Origin: a virus
Lineage: Duplodnaviria; Caudoviricetes
Length of the DNA: 31,996 nucleotides
Direction: 5' to 3' (one strand)
IMG/VR virus record: IMGVR_UViG_3300012971_000056
Span: 1 to 31,996 of that record
How positions within the stretch are numbered: position 1 is the first letter of the stretch; the number at the start of each line of letters is the position of its first letter. The position numbers and the translations under genes are program-made. A model generated the notes under the pieces. The model searched no databases. It had not been told where the DNA came from and was given only the letters and a program-made list of their open reading frames with translations. Positions 1 to 8,514 of this stretch are shown here, piece after piece.

Positions 1-34
1 CCGACGATACGGTGACTGTTATTTATCCTGCACC

Positions 35-397
35 ATGAGCCCGCTGGAGCACGTTCCCTTTGGGCGGCGCGTTCTGCTCACGGCTATCATCATCCTAGTG
101 GTGTTGCTTTTCATGTGGGTGTTCGAGCTGCTGTCGGCGCACGAGAGAGTGATGGCGCAAAGCTCAGATTCGATCATCAAGTGTGCCGATGCAGACGTAA
201 GGGACAAGCTCAAGGCACTGTCATACGAAAGTCTAGATGCGGCATTTCGAGATAGGGTCGTGCACCTCTATAGCGTTTGGCTCCGCGATGACACAGAGCA
301 GCCAAAACGCTTCTTAAACGGTGCACGGGGAGCATTGCGCGCTTATATCCAAGGCCGACACGTTGTCAGCGTCTGGGACCCGCCACCGTGCAGTTAA
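35..397 (+). CDS. Hypothetical membrane-anchored protein
   Basis: 120 aa with an N-terminal hydrophobic helix (VLLTAIIILVVLLFMWVF); TATCCT 5 nt before the ATG. Confidence 0.7.
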   Translation: MSPLEHVPFGRRVLLTAIIILVVLLFMWVFELLSAHERVMAQSSDSIIKCADADVRDKLKALSYESLDAAFRDRVVHLYSVWLRDDTEQPKRFLNGARGALRAYIQGRHVVSVWDPPPCS

Positions 398-867
398 CGA
401 CGACTTCTGTTATGTCTCTGCACCAAGGCGCTTGCCCATCTGCAATTAGATGGCTCGTAGTTTCCATCTGGATTGATACGATCGAGGCTCATGCCGGGAG
501 GACAGCGGCCCATATCCGCGAGAAAGTTCTCAAAAGCCTGCCACCGCTTGCAGATTTTAATCCCGCGCCCGCCATAATCTTTGAACGATTTATGCGAGGG
601 CCAGTTGCATCTAGCTCGCATGTCTTTCCAACAGCTATACTCTCGTGTTCGTGGCGCGGATTCGCCATGCCTTTTGTTGGTATGTCGAGACAAGCAGCCG
701 CACGATCGCGTGCCGCCGCTTTGCAAGTTTCCAGCAGCGACAACAGTTTCTCGTCCACAATCACAGCGGCATCTCCATAGGAAGTTGCCAGCGTTGGTGC
801 GCTGATTGGTTCGTTCGACTGCTGTTAGCCGGCCATAGCGACGACCGCCGATGTCGACCGCAAGCAT
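394..867 (-). CDS. HNH-type homing endonuclease
   Basis: GRRYGRLT..WRCRCDCG, SCGC, YGGRGI and SLDRINPDGNYEPSNCRWA motifs; GGAGG RBS; antisense to its neighbours. Confidence 0.88.
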   Translation of the reverse strand: MLAVDIGGRRYGRLTAVERTNQRTNAGNFLWRCRCDCGRETVVAAGNLQSGGTRSCGCLSRHTNKRHGESAPRTREYSCWKDMRARCNWPSHKSFKDYGGRGIKICKRWQAFENFLADMGRCPPGMSLDRINPDGNYEPSNCRWASALVQRHNRSRR

Positions 868-879
868 AGGGGACCTCCG

Positions 880-1074
880 ATGAATCCGATAGGCGAGGAA
901 GCAGGAAAGACCGCGCGTAGCATTGTCGAGGCGTTCAAGGGCACGCCAGGCACATTAGCCATGGTGGTGTTCAACGTATTGTTTATGGCTATGGTCATTT
1001 ACATCCAGCACAGCAATGGCGAGCGCTGGCAAACGCTGCTTGAGGCTATGCTGAAGCAGTGCGGGCCGCACTAG
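880..1074 (+). CDS. Small single-TM protein (holin-like role possible, unproven)
   Basis: 64 aa with hydrophobic segment TLAMVVFNVLFMAMVIYI; GGGGA RBS. Confidence 0.65.
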   Translation: MNPIGEEAGKTARSIVEAFKGTPGTLAMVVFNVLFMAMVIYIQHSNGERWQTLLEAMLKQCGPH

Positions 1075-1622
1075 GTCTCAGCGTAAAAGCCAGTTGGATG
1101 TTCCTCAACTGAAACGACGTCGTCGAGGGTGTATAGTTGCACACCAAACGCACGGCGTTTATCTCGGCTAGCATGGTAGCGAGAGAGACCTGGGTGCTGC
1201 CCGCCAACGGTGTCGGAACGGCTATCTGTGCCCTTCTTAGGAGGACGAACAACACGACGTTTTCCGAGCTTATGAGCGAGCTTGCTCTTGCTATCCTTGT
1301 ATTTGCGCTTCCTCATACTAATGATGTGAGCGCCGGCGAGCCTAAACGTAAAGGGCGGGATGGCTATGCCGCGATCCCAACGTACAAGGACCTCCTGCGC
1401 GATCCTTGGAGTGAGGTACATATATCGCAGGCCTCTCTTGGGATCGGTCCAGCGGATAGTTTGCAGATCGACGCTAACGTAAGCACTGCCTTCGACCTGT
1501 CTCCTGATCGCCTCGGCGATCATGCAAAACCCACTCTTTCTTCGTAATGCTCGCTCGATTTCTTCCTTGGTCACTTCAATTTTGAGGCGTGGCGCGCGCG
1601 TGCCTGTCTTTGCTTTTGCCAT
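1071..1622 (-). CDS. Hypothetical basic protein with its own promoter (moron-like)
   Basis: 183-aa Lys/Arg-rich ORF; AT-rich upstream region containing TTGACA. Confidence 0.7.
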   Translation of the reverse strand: MAKAKTGTRAPRLKIEVTKEEIERALRRKSGFCMIAEAIRRQVEGSAYVSVDLQTIRWTDPKRGLRYMYLTPRIAQEVLVRWDRGIAIPPFTFRLAGAHIISMRKRKYKDSKSKLAHKLGKRRVVRPPKKGTDSRSDTVGGQHPGLSRYHASRDKRRAFGVQLYTLDDVVSVEEHPTGFYAET

Positions 1623-1643
1623 GTTTGTCGCTTCTCATTATCA

Positions 1644-1689
1644 TGTGAATCTTACCCCATATGATTCACACGACAAATTTAACTGTCAA
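1644..1689 (-). promoter_or_regulatory. Putative sigma70 promoter with overlapping operator-like inverted repeat
   Basis: Minus-strand TTGACA at 1684-1689; inverted repeat TGTGAATC(1644-1651)..GATTCACA(1663-1670); -10 element unclear. Confidence 0.5.
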
Positions 1690-1710
1690 CGTGAACAAAT
1701 CGCGACTCCC

Positions 1711-1756
1711 AAAATAAACGAGAGCGCCGCGAGTGGTTAGTCCACGGCGCCCTCGT
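1711..1756 (-). terminator. Rho-independent terminator of the leftward operon
   Basis: Minus strand ACGAGGGCGCCG..CGGCGCTCTCGT stem followed by TTATTTT. Confidence 0.65.
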
Positions 1757-1881
1757 CGGGACAGTCGGAAGCGTAAGTCGAGACCCTCTTTTCGCCACGC
1801 ATGCCGGCAAGCGGCCGGCCCGCTGCCCTCTTGCGCGATATCTATCTTGCAGCGTGTCTTTTCAGGTAGTCAATCATCGCC

Positions 1882-2328
1882 TCACGCCTTGGGTGCTGCC
1901 TGATCCGGCGGCAACGGCTGCGGGACAACCACCTTGCCGACCCCTGGGTAGTTAACGACTATAAATGGAGGGGCAACAATTGGCTGTATCGGCTGTGCGC
2001 CACCGATGACGACCGGCGGGGAGCCAGGCGGTGGCACCGTTACCTCGGGCGGGAGCGGCTGTGGGGGCAGCACGATCGGATGTGTCGGAACACCCGGCAC
2101 CTGCGCCCAAGGCGGTGAGTAGCCGGGATCGACCGGGGGCGGCACCTGCGCCCAAGGCGGTGAGTACCCGGGATCGACCGGCCCCGGCGGCTGCGCCGGC
2201 GGGATGATCGGCCCGCCGCCGATGACCAAGCCGGTCAGGCTCAACACGCCTGTCAACTGAACTACCTGCGTGGTTCTGGCGTACTTGTCGTAAAGCACGC
2301 CGTCGATCGTCACTGGCACTGCAGCCAT
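1882..2328 (-). CDS. Proline-rich protein
   Basis: 148 aa; GGAGG RBS; PVDPGYSPPWAQVP twice; PTHPIVLP. Confidence 0.8.
   Translation of the reverse strand: MAAVPVTIDGVLYDKYARTTQVVQLTGVLSLTGLVIGGGPIIPPAQPPGPVDPGYSPPWAQVPPPVDPGYSPPWAQVPGVPTHPIVLPPQPLPPEVTVPPPGSPPVVIGGAQPIQPIVAPPFIVVNYPGVGKVVVPQPLPPDQAAPKA
2095..2181. repeat. Two-copy coding tandem repeat, 45-bp period
   Basis: CGGCACCTGCGCCCAAGGCGGTGAGTA(G/C)CCGGGATCGACCGG at 2095-2136 and 2140-2181. Confidence 0.95.
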
Positions 2329-2346
2329 AGCTTGATCCTCCGTGTG

Positions 2347-2631
2347 TTAGATGTCGGTAAACGATACGCACGCTGTTACTAAGTTTGAAAGCCCGTGCTC
2401 TATGGGAGATGGGCAGAAGTTCGAAAGCCCCCGCGCCTTGATCACATGAGATGGGATGAACAGCGGCGTGGGATGGGTGGCTATCCAGCGTTCGACCCAC
2501 CAGCCATCACGCGCAATGTCGTATCCGACGAAGTGCGGATAAGTGCGCAGCGAGCGGACCGGCATGATGTTGCCGATGTGCACGATCGCGGGCGCGGCCA
2601 TTGCGAACAGAAAATTGCGACGATGGATCAC
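2347..2631 (-). CDS. Protein with a twin-arginine (Tat)-like N-terminus
   Basis: MIHRRNFLFAMAAPAIV; start overlaps the upstream stop. Confidence 0.7.
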   Translation of the reverse strand: MIHRRNFLFAMAAPAIVHIGNIMPVRSLRTYPHFVGYDIARDGWWVERWIATHPTPLFIPSHVIKARGLSNFCPSPIEHGLSNLVTACVSFTDI

Positions 2632-2933
2632 TCTTTATGGCTCCATCCATTGGGGTCCGACCACCGATACTCCATCTCCCAAGGCCCCTGTTCGGGAGCG
2701 ATCGCGGGAGTCTCTGCCCAATAAAGCTCGCGCCTTGGCTTCATGCGTCGTCCTTCATACCAGCATTTATCGGAACGACCGCCGACTTTGGTGCGGTAGG
2801 ACCAGCTTGGATCGCGCGGCTCGAGCTGGCATAGCTGCTGTTCTCCGCCGCGGGCATGCTGCACCAGAGCGAGGCTCAGGACGATGACAGCAAACATTAA
2901 CGCTAAGATGACTTCTTTCTCGCCGATCATCAT
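2628..2933 (-). CDS. Hypothetical exported or membrane protein
   Basis: Hydrophobic N-terminus (VILALMFAVIVLSLALVQHARG); ATGA coupling. Confidence 0.7.
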   Translation of the reverse strand: MMIGEKEVILALMFAVIVLSLALVQHARGGEQQLCQLEPRDPSWSYRTKVGGRSDKCWYEGRRMKPRRELYWAETPAIAPEQGPWEMEYRWSDPNGWSHKE

Positions 2934-3124
2934 TTCATGAAGTCCTGCAGCTTTTCAGCAATACGGTTTTGGATGAGCTTAAGGATCTCATCTCCGCGCT
3001 GCCGAGTCTTGCGATACTCGTCGAACAGCTCGCCCAAGCCGCGCTCATCAACTTTCGCATCGACTACAGGACGAGGCTTAAACGGCGGTTGGTTGGCGGC
3101 ACCAGCGTTGAACGTGTCTGTCAT
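2930..3124 (-). CDS. Hypothetical protein
   Basis: 64 aa, ATGA-coupled on both sides. Confidence 0.7.
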   Translation of the reverse strand: MTDTFNAGAANQPPFKPRPVVDAKVDERGLGELFDEYRKTRQRGDEILKLIQNRIAEKLQDFMK

Positions 3125-3564
3125 CTTCTTACTCCTAGCATTTCCTCTAAATTGTCACGCCACTGATTGTGTGGCATCCCAGGTAGAACTTCCGCGAGGA
3201 GTATATCCTCGATGCTTCGCGTCACCGATCTTAGTTCCTCGTCGCTAATCCGCTTCAAGCTCCTGGGCTTTAGTCCTAGCTCACCATCCTTGTATGTCAC
3301 CTTCGTAAAGCCGATTCGCAGTTTGAGATCTTTCATGGCCTCTTCTTTGCTGATCCACCGGTCGGAGTTTTGCCAGGCGTAGTAGACCATTGCCCAGAGA
3401 CGCTTCAACGCCTCGACGTTGCGCTTTGAGTAGTACTTGATGACGACTTCTTCTCCGTCTGCAGTGAGCCTCAGGTCATCCTCTGCCATTGGAGTGCTAG
3501 GAAACAGGCCGCGTTCCCCTTTGTACAACGCGGGCCTTTTAACCAGGGTGTTGCTGATCGCCAT
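3121..3564 (-). CDS. DUF1367/NinB-like recombination accessory protein
   Basis: KRN..LKRLWAMV and LKLRIGF..PRSL pattern; directly downstream of ERF. Confidence 0.55.
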   Translation of the reverse strand: MAISNTLVKRPALYKGERGLFPSTPMAEDDLRLTADGEEVVIKYYSKRNVEALKRLWAMVYYAWQNSDRWISKEEAMKDLKLRIGFTKVTYKDGELGLKPRSLKRISDEELRSVTRSIEDILLAEVLPGMPHNQWRDNLEEMLGVRR

Positions 3565-4738
3565 TGTTCTCGCCGGGGGGCGGGGCTACGACGTCGGCAT
3601 ATCCGAACCTCGCCTCCGTGCGCGTCCACTCGCTCAAAAGCAACTCCCAATCCACGACGTCAAACCTCATGCGCTGCGGTTCTACGATGTCGTTCCAGAA
3701 CTTCTCCGCCGCCTCATAAGTTTTGAAGGCGTTGAGATGCTCGGCTATCCAGTTCATTGCATGTTGATTGTCCGCTGGCATTGCCAGTTCTGCGGCGGCC
3801 CTAAGGTCGTCGAACCGGCTCTGCACTGCTGCAGAAATACGCGCGTATATCTCGGGATATTTCTCGGACATCGATTGCAAATAGCGATCGAACGTGACCT
3901 CTAGTTTAGCGAGTTCTTCTCTGTTCTTCGCCGTTTTGGTCCTTTCGATAAAGTCATCTGCCCATTGCTGGGCTCTGGCTGGTTTGTCGCCTTGATCAAT
4001 GATGGGCGCCCCCGGCCCTGGCACTGGCGGTTCTTTTTCGTCAGTGCCTTTATCGGCGTCGGCATCATCGAAGTCGCCGGCCGGCACCTGAAATAACCCT
4101 AAGAGAAAGTACTTTCTCGCCGCGGTGTGGCACTTATTGAAAGCTTTGTCGTCCCAATTGCCTTTACTGTCGCGCGCGATTGCCATGCCAGTATGGCGCG
4201 GACGTTCCGGCCATCGCTCACCGCTCTCGTGGATGATGCTAAACTCGTAGGTAACGGCGACGCGGCTTTCTACGATGTTGCGCTCTACTTCGTTCATGAT
4301 GATAGCGAGGCCGTGCTTGCCTATGAGCGGCGTCAGCACGTGGCACATGTCTCCTATCGTCATGTAAGCGTAATTGTGAAACTTGTTCATGCCGCGCTTC
4401 TCGATGTCGCCGACCTCGCGCATAACTCCGGCGATGGCTTTGGCGATATTGCCGATCGGCGGCAACTTCTCATTTAAGAGCGGCGGATGCGTCACGCTGA
4501 TATGCGCTGGCGCGCCGATCGCGCGCAATCCTGCTACTTCTAGTTCGCGGTCCCGATCGAGCTTATCGCGCACGTACTGCGGCGACTCCTGCTCGGCTTT
4601 TGGGCGCTCTTGCTGAAAGCCCAGGCCTGCTCTCGGCCCAGGTACAAGCGGCACGCGTCGCTTCATTGCTTCTTCTGTCATAATGGCGTTCTTTCCTGCT
4701 TCGGACAGTCCGAACATCGGCGTATACGGCTGGCACAT
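3539..4738 (-). CDS. erf: ERF-family ssDNA annealing protein
   Basis: IAKAIAGVMREV..KRGMNKFHNYAY..LIGKHGL..DKAFNKCHTAARKYFLLGLF; start may be the later MTEE. Confidence 0.85.
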   Translation of the reverse strand: MCQPYTPMFGLSEAGKNAIMTEEAMKRRVPLVPGPRAGLGFQQERPKAEQESPQYVRDKLDRDRELEVAGLRAIGAPAHISVTHPPLLNEKLPPIGNIAKAIAGVMREVGDIEKRGMNKFHNYAYMTIGDMCHVLTPLIGKHGLAIIMNEVERNIVESRVAVTYEFSIIHESGERWPERPRHTGMAIARDSKGNWDDKAFNKCHTAARKYFLLGLFQVPAGDFDDADADKGTDEKEPPVPGPGAPIIDQGDKPARAQQWADDFIERTKTAKNREELAKLEVTFDRYLQSMSEKYPEIYARISAAVQSRFDDLRAAAELAMPADNQHAMNWIAEHLNAFKTYEAAEKFWNDIVEPQRMRFDVVDWELLLSEWTRTEARFGYADVVAPPPGENNGDQQHPG

Positions 4739-5658
4739 CAGACCGCTCTGTCCTCTTCCACGGTCCTGACGCCGGGAATCACGACGCCGCTGTCGTGCTG
4801 AACAGCGCGGTCAGCAAGGGTTTGCACAGCCTCGCGCACTTCGTCGCGATCGGCAAAAAACTCCAGACAAAGCTTATAGTCGGTTATCTCGGCCCGTCTG
4901 AAAGTCTTTAAGCCGATCGCGCGGCCGCGGGTCCCGCTGCGCGGTTTCTTGTCTTCGACCGCTTCACCCGCTGCACGCGCCGCCTCGGCTTCCTTCTTAA
5001 GCCTATACTTTTCTTTTACCTGCCAGGGCGTAATGAGCCTGGACTTAAGCAATCTGAAAGTAACCGCAGCGGCAATGAGCGGCTTCCACTTTCTCTCGAC
5101 CGCATCGCCGCCGTCGACATAAGGCTGCTTTTCTTCCTTCCTCTTGTCGTTGATAAGTTTATGCAGCTCGGCGAGGCGGTGCGCCACATTGGAGATCTTA
5201 TCAGCCTCGGCCTGGTCGGCGATGGGCAGGCCCTCGAGATAGCCGTTAGCCTCGTGCTCGGCATCCTCGACGGCGGCCTTGAGCTCCTCGAACGACTCAG
5301 GTTCCGGGGGCTGATTGTGGCCCTGGAGCGGAGCAGACGGACTCTCGTCGCTCCAAAGACCGCCTTCAGCGGCTACTTGACGATACTCCTGCTGTTTCAC
5401 GCGGTGAGCGTGGAGCCCGTTGTTCCACTTTTCAATGACCTCCTCTTCGCTTAGCTCGGCGCCATTTGGCCACGCCCCTCGCCTCCCGACAAGGCGCTCA
5501 TTAGTTTCATCTGGAAAATAGATTATGGGCGTATAGGTATAGCGGCCGTTAAATCTGTCTTTATGCGGTTCGCGGAAATACCCCGCCTCCGGCTGATTGA
5601 GGTAAGCCGGAGGGTTTTCGCCCCTTTCCCAGGCGAGATAGTTATCCCAAGTTTTCAT
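4738..5658 (-). CDS. Phage recombination-region protein (GHNxPP motif, coiled coil)
   Basis: GHNQPP and RKEEKQPYVDGG..V..KW pattern; immediately upstream of ERF. Confidence 0.7.
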   Translation of the reverse strand: MKTWDNYLAWERGENPPAYLNQPEAGYFREPHKDRFNGRYTYTPIIYFPDETNERLVGRRGAWPNGAELSEEEVIEKWNNGLHAHRVKQQEYRQVAAEGGLWSDESPSAPLQGHNQPPEPESFEELKAAVEDAEHEANGYLEGLPIADQAEADKISNVAHRLAELHKLINDKRKEEKQPYVDGGDAVERKWKPLIAAAVTFRLLKSRLITPWQVKEKYRLKKEAEAARAAGEAVEDKKPRSGTRGRAIGLKTFRRAEITDYKLCLEFFADRDEVREAVQTLADRAVQHDSGVVIPGVRTVEEDRAV

Positions 5659-5972
5659 CCGATGTCCTCTGCATCGGCCATAAAGATTTTCACCACTGAC
5701 AGGCGCAGCCGGCGAATCTTATCGGTGCGCTTGTCGATGAAGTACATGATGCCTTTGTCTTTGACTTTGAACGGCTCCGGCACGGTAGGCTCGGGCGGCA
5801 TTTCTTGCAGAGGGAAAGTTCGCGGCTTCTCGATGGGTACGATCTCAGGTGCGACCTGCGTCCGAGGCCGCGCGTCGAGCTCGCGACGCTTGCGCTTGCG
5901 CGCAAAAGTGGCTCTAAACTTTGCACGTCTTTCTTCCGTCCAGCCAGGACGCTTAAATCCTCGCTTACGCAT
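5655..5972 (-). CDS. Hypothetical basic protein
   Basis: 105 aa; AGGAAGG RBS; coupled to the next gene. Confidence 0.7.
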   Translation of the reverse strand: MRKRGFKRPGWTEERRAKFRATFARKRKRRELDARPRTQVAPEIVPIEKPRTFPLQEMPPEPTVPEPFKVKDKGIMYFIDKRTDKIRRLRLSVVKIFMADAEDIG

Positions 5973-5982
5973 TGATGCCTTC

Positions 5983-6198
5983 CTATGCTGCCGGTGGCTC
6001 GGGCTCTTTGTAGATCATGTCAAAATATTGCTTGAGGATCTCATGCCACTTCTGGCGATCGGCGGCGGCCCAATAAGGACGCGGCGGCACTTCTTCCCAC
6101 AAAGCCAAGATGAAAGGCTCAATATCGTGTGGTTCTTTTTTCACGGCATCGGTTCCTCTCGTATCGAGATCAGTCAACTTTGGTCGCCCTCTCGGCAT
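5983..6198 (-). CDS. Hypothetical protein
   Basis: 71 aa; MPRGRPK start; GGAGG RBS. Confidence 0.7.
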   Translation of the reverse strand: MPRGRPKLTDLDTRGTDAVKKEPHDIEPFILALWEEVPPRPYWAAADRQKWHEILKQYFDMIYKEPEPPAA

Positions 6199-6883
6199 CG
6201 CAATCCTCCTGTAGCTGAGCCGTTGGCTTGATATAGCGGTCGCGTAGAATCCTTAACGTCCTTTTTGCTTGCCAGTGCCATTTGAGGCCGACGATGTAAT
6301 CGAGGCTGCGTACACGCGCCCACTCGGCGCGGTAACCGTCCTCGTGCTCAACGACGTCGCCCCACAGCAAGACCGTACCTACGACTCGGACGTCATTAAC
6401 GCCGTTATACGGAGTGCCGTATTGGCAAAGCGCATCCTGCTGGTGCTTGAAAGCATGCACGCCAGCTTGCATGTCCATGCCGCGATAGGAGACAGCGCCG
6501 TAACACGGCTCATCGGGTGGCCAGATCGTGTTCATGGCCGCGGCTTTGAGAAATCCATGTTCGACTCGCCACACTCGGTGGCCGAGGATTTCCCCGGCGA
6601 CGATCTCAATCTTTAGCGATGGTTTAGAGAAACTTTGCTGGGCAAGGTAGTTGGCTTGTTGTTGGGCAAGGTGGAGGGCACCTTGCTGGGCAAGCTGCTG
6701 GGAGATCGAGACGGCGTTGGGGAACGCGGCCTGGGCTCCGAGGTTGGCGAGATAGGGGTCAAAAGAGGTATTACCTTGAGCCGTCGCACCGGGTTGCCAA
6801 TATTGCCCAAGTTGGCCTCCTTGCATGTTTGAGAGATTGCCGCCAAACGCAGCGAGATACTGATTGTTAAGCATGTTGGTCAT
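6170..6883 (-). CDS. Hypothetical protein: Gln-rich N-terminus plus globular phage domain
   Basis: ATGA-coupled start at 6883; GHRVWRV..GVHAFK..VGTVLLWGDVVEHEDGYRAE. Confidence 0.75.
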   Translation of the reverse strand: MTNMLNNQYLAAFGGNLSNMQGGQLGQYWQPGATAQGNTSFDPYLANLGAQAAFPNAVSISQQLAQQGALHLAQQQANYLAQQSFSKPSLKIEIVAGEILGHRVWRVEHGFLKAAAMNTIWPPDEPCYGAVSYRGMDMQAGVHAFKHQQDALCQYGTPYNGVNDVRVVGTVLLWGDVVEHEDGYRAEWARVRSLDYIVGLKWHWQAKRTLRILRDRYIKPTAQLQEDCDAERATKVD

Positions 6884-7251
6884 TTCTTTCCCCACTTCCG
6901 TGACACAATCTTGCGCGATGGCCAGCGACGCATCGCCCAACGACGATATCGTCGCCGCTGCTTTAGCTCAAACTGTTTGCGCTTTGCGATGATACGATTG
7001 CTCTTGGCAATCCGCTTGCGGTCGAGCTTGGTTTTCTCGCGGTGCGGGGCAATAAGCATTGGCCGCAGGTTCCAATAAGCATCGAGCCCAGGCTCAAATG
7101 CGTGCAGCCGATTATGGTCGCTGTGATAGAGGGATATGAGCTGGTCTTCGGTCATTTGCTTAAGGTGTTCGAGCGGCGGCGCGTCAGGGCGGTCGGCAAG
7201 CGCGCCAGCGTAGCGCGTCTTCCAGCTGATATGCTTGCGCTTGCGACTCAC
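6880..7251 (-). CDS. HNH-like nuclease
   Basis: DHNRLH..WNLRPMLIAPHREKTKLD..IAK; start uncertain (GTG 7251 or ATG 7278). Confidence 0.6.
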   Translation of the reverse strand: MSRKRKHISWKTRYAGALADRPDAPPLEHLKQMTEDQLISLYHSDHNRLHAFEPGLDAYWNLRPMLIAPHREKTKLDRKRIAKSNRIIAKRKQFELKQRRRYRRWAMRRWPSRKIVSRKWGKK

Positions 7252-7276
7252 GGAGACATGCGTTATAGGCTGTCGC

Positions 7277-7468
7277 ATGGTACCGGTCAAGCCGACATCC
7301 ACCCGTTCTTTCCGACTGCCGAACGCTCTGCTCGAGCGCATGGCGAAAATAGCAAATCAGAAGTGCTACCCGCCGCCGCCGTCGATGCGCGAGATTGCCG
7401 AGCGCGGACTCGAGCTAGCGGTGCGCGAGCTCGAGCGTCGCCAACCCAAACCACGTAAAGATGACTGA
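7277..7468 (+). CDS. Ribbon-helix-helix DNA-binding protein
   Basis: TRSFRLPNALLERM..SMREIAERGLE; divergent from the leftward operon. Confidence 0.65.
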   Translation: MVPVKPTSTRSFRLPNALLERMAKIANQKCYPPPPSMREIAERGLELAVRELERRQPKPRKDD

Positions 7469-8318
7469 CGCATATCGTCCGCATATCGCTCGCTGGCTGT
7501 GGCTCGTGGACAAGGCGGGTTGGAACGCGCGCCCGCTCGATGTCGATGACATGGCCCTGGTGGAAAAGGTGCGCGAGACCGGGCGTCTGATGTCCGACTG
7601 CGGCACGCTGGGCGATTTAATCAAATCAAGCTACAGTGACACGGCGCGCTCGCCGACTTACCGCGACGAGCAGGGTCGGCTTGACGCCTATGCCCAGTAC
7701 CGGGCCACCGGCCGGCTCCCGCGCGCCCCGCAATACCACGAGGTCGTCACCGCCCAGCGGCCGGAAGTAGCTGAGCTGCAGGCGAAAGAGTATCGCCAAC
7801 GCTGGGCAAAGTGGGACCGCGCAGTCAGAGCAGTCCTGAAAAGGCGTGACGGCGTTTACGCGCAAGCGATTGCCGAGCTGCGAGTCGAGTTGGCTGACAT
7901 TGAACTTGCCAACCAGCGAGCGTCGATCGAGCGGCTGGCTTTTATCGAGAAGCAAGAAGCCGAGCGCGCCAAGCGCTACCATGAGCAACGAGTCAAGCGA
8001 GCGCGTGCGGAGCTACAGCGCGCGCTCGACCGGCAGGAGAGCGACGCAGAAATGCGCAGGCAATGGCGGGCATATCGAGGCCAGCAGCGCGCTGAAGCCG
8101 AGCAACGCCGAGCGTTTGCAGCGCAGCGGGCTAAAGATGAAGCGGAGTTTGAGGCGACCGAACACAATCAGCGTTTGGCTGCGGCCGCTGGCGAGCGTCG
8201 CGAACTAGAAGACGCAAAGCTCAATATCAAGATAGCCACGCAGGTTATACGCAAAACAGGACGGAGGATTAGTCGTGAGCAGCAAAGCGATCGTGAGGGA
8301 CACGGCGGACATCCGTGA
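7461..8318 (+). CDS. Hypothetical coiled-coil protein
   Basis: 285 aa; E/R/A/Q-rich C-terminal half. Confidence 0.7.
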   Translation: MTDAYRPHIARWLWLVDKAGWNARPLDVDDMALVEKVRETGRLMSDCGTLGDLIKSSYSDTARSPTYRDEQGRLDAYAQYRATGRLPRAPQYHEVVTAQRPEVAELQAKEYRQRWAKWDRAVRAVLKRRDGVYAQAIAELRVELADIELANQRASIERLAFIEKQEAERAKRYHEQRVKRARAELQRALDRQESDAEMRRQWRAYRGQQRAEAEQRRAFAAQRAKDEAEFEATEHNQRLAAAAGERRELEDAKLNIKIATQVIRKTGRRISREQQSDREGHGGHP

Positions 8319-8514
8319 GAAGATGCTCCAAATTTGGAGGCTGGTAGACGAGAAGAAGATCTCTGCTAGCGAGGTGCGGCTGCACACCACGTTGGCGCGG
8401 GTAGTGCTCGAGACCTTGAAGGTGGAGCTAGCTGCCGCACATCTGGCGCGTCGCGATATCCCAGCCGTGCCGCTGGCGCGCCGAGGGACGGAAATCACCG
8501 TCACCCGCCAGTAG
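8275..8514 (+). CDS. Hypothetical protein
   Basis: GGAGG RBS before GTG; 79 aa. Confidence 0.7.
   Translation: MSSKAIVRDTADIREKMLQIWRLVDEKKISASEVRLHTTLARVVLETLKVELAAAHLARRDIPAVPLARRGTEITVTRQ

Noticed and set aside
2095-2181. Possible CRISPR mini-array
   Set aside because: Only two copies, 3-nt gap, no spacers; it is an in-frame coding repeat
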